Assembly (NCBI GenBank): GCA_964510165.1 | Contig: CAZEBC010000018.1 | Span: forward strand, 1 to 36,595 | Direction of reading: 5' to 3' | DNA length: 36,595 bases | Source of the DNA: an uncultured bacterium | Lineage (GTDB): Bacteria > Abyssobacteria > SURF-5 | Shown here: positions 36,176-36,595 of the stretch, piece by piece | Layout: every line of letters starts with the position of its first letter | Position numbering within the stretch: the stretch's first letter is position 1 | The notes under the pieces: model-generated | The model's database searches: none | What the model saw: only the letters and a program-made list of their open reading frames with translations | What the model was told of the DNA's origin: nothing | Position numbers and translations under genes: made by a program

Positions 36176-36204
36176 ATGATAACAGGTTGGCCCGTGCGAG
36201 TCAA
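36176..36204 (-). promoter_or_regulatory. Sigma70 promoter of the pur operon
   Basis: Minus strand TTGACT-N17-TATCAT with an extended -10 TG, about 90 nt upstream of purB. Confidence 0.75.
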
Positions 36205-36481
36205 GCACACAAGCGCATTCCCCGCATGACCGCGCAGACCCTAAACTCTGAACCCTAAGCCCTCTGACCCGTCCGAACTTGTCCGACCCACCCTATCCCC
36301 CTCACCGGTTCGCCTTTGTCCTTTCAACCCTGAACCCTATACACCCGTTTCCCCCCTTTTCCTTTTTCCCATTTAATCCCACTCTTTTCAATCCCTTCTG
36401 ACTTTCGAAATTTTTGTTAACAAAAACTTCGTTGACCGAAGAAAATGCCCTATGCTTCAATAGCCTCATGGTCAGCCAATC

Positions 36482-36509
36482 GTAGGCGCACCGGGCCCGG
36501 CGCGCCTAC
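36482..36509. repeat. GTAG-family REP element
   Basis: GTAGGCGCACCGG-GC-CCGGCGCGCCTAC palindrome with GTAG/CTAC ends. Confidence 0.7.
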
Positions 36510-36534
36510 CCAGATTCGACTGTTGCCCACGTGG

Positions 36535-36574
36535 CCGCCCTGCCCTCTCCCCACGGGAGAGGGTTGGGTGAGGG
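36535..36574. repeat. BoxC-like palindromic repeat, copy 4 (left arm degenerate, no tail)
   Basis: CCGCCCTGCCCTCTCCCCACGGGAGAGGGTTGGGTGAGGG. Confidence 0.8.
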
Positions 36575-36595
36575 AACACAGGGCCGAACCTCCTC

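Noticed and set aside
36238-36340. Short degenerate heptamer repeats (CCCTAAA/CTCTGAA/CCCTAAG, AACCCTG) and GTCCGA duplication
   Set aside because: Only 2-3 degenerate units; not a CRISPR array or iteron set.
1-36595. CRISPR array, tRNA/rRNA, integrase or transposase
   Set aside because: No regularly spaced repeats, cloverleaf or rRNA signatures, or recombinase motifs seen. The palindromic repeats are dispersed and intergenic.

Overview
GC-rich bacterial chromosomal window of mostly housekeeping genes. No tRNA, rRNA, CRISPR array or transposase was recognised. Left part: rpsU (+); a minus-strand oadG-like / nucleoside phosphorylase / amidohydrolase operon; a type I-beta DAHP synthase (+); an MDR dehydrogenase / iolM / acyl-CoA synthetase operon (+). 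Middle: pilD plus a lipid-linked glycosylation cluster (Dpm1-like GT2, three GT-C-like membrane proteins, acetyltransferase, DegT aminotransferase). Right part: a long minus-strand run, purB-C-F-M-L-Q-H-D-E / trpD-C-F-B-A / pmbA. The main unannotated signal is a 24-codon leader ORF (3427-3501, MSPAKRYYYFFYFSWWRSVPGRLR) missed by the ORF track. It lies between a consensus sigma70 promoter and an intrinsic terminator, with alternative pairings. This looks like a ribosome-mediated attenuator that could sense Tyr, Phe and Trp together, upstream of a DAHP synthase lacking an N-terminal allosteric domain. Many intergenic spacers carry small palindromic repeats of several families. All calls come from reading the sequence and recalled family motifs; no searches were run.
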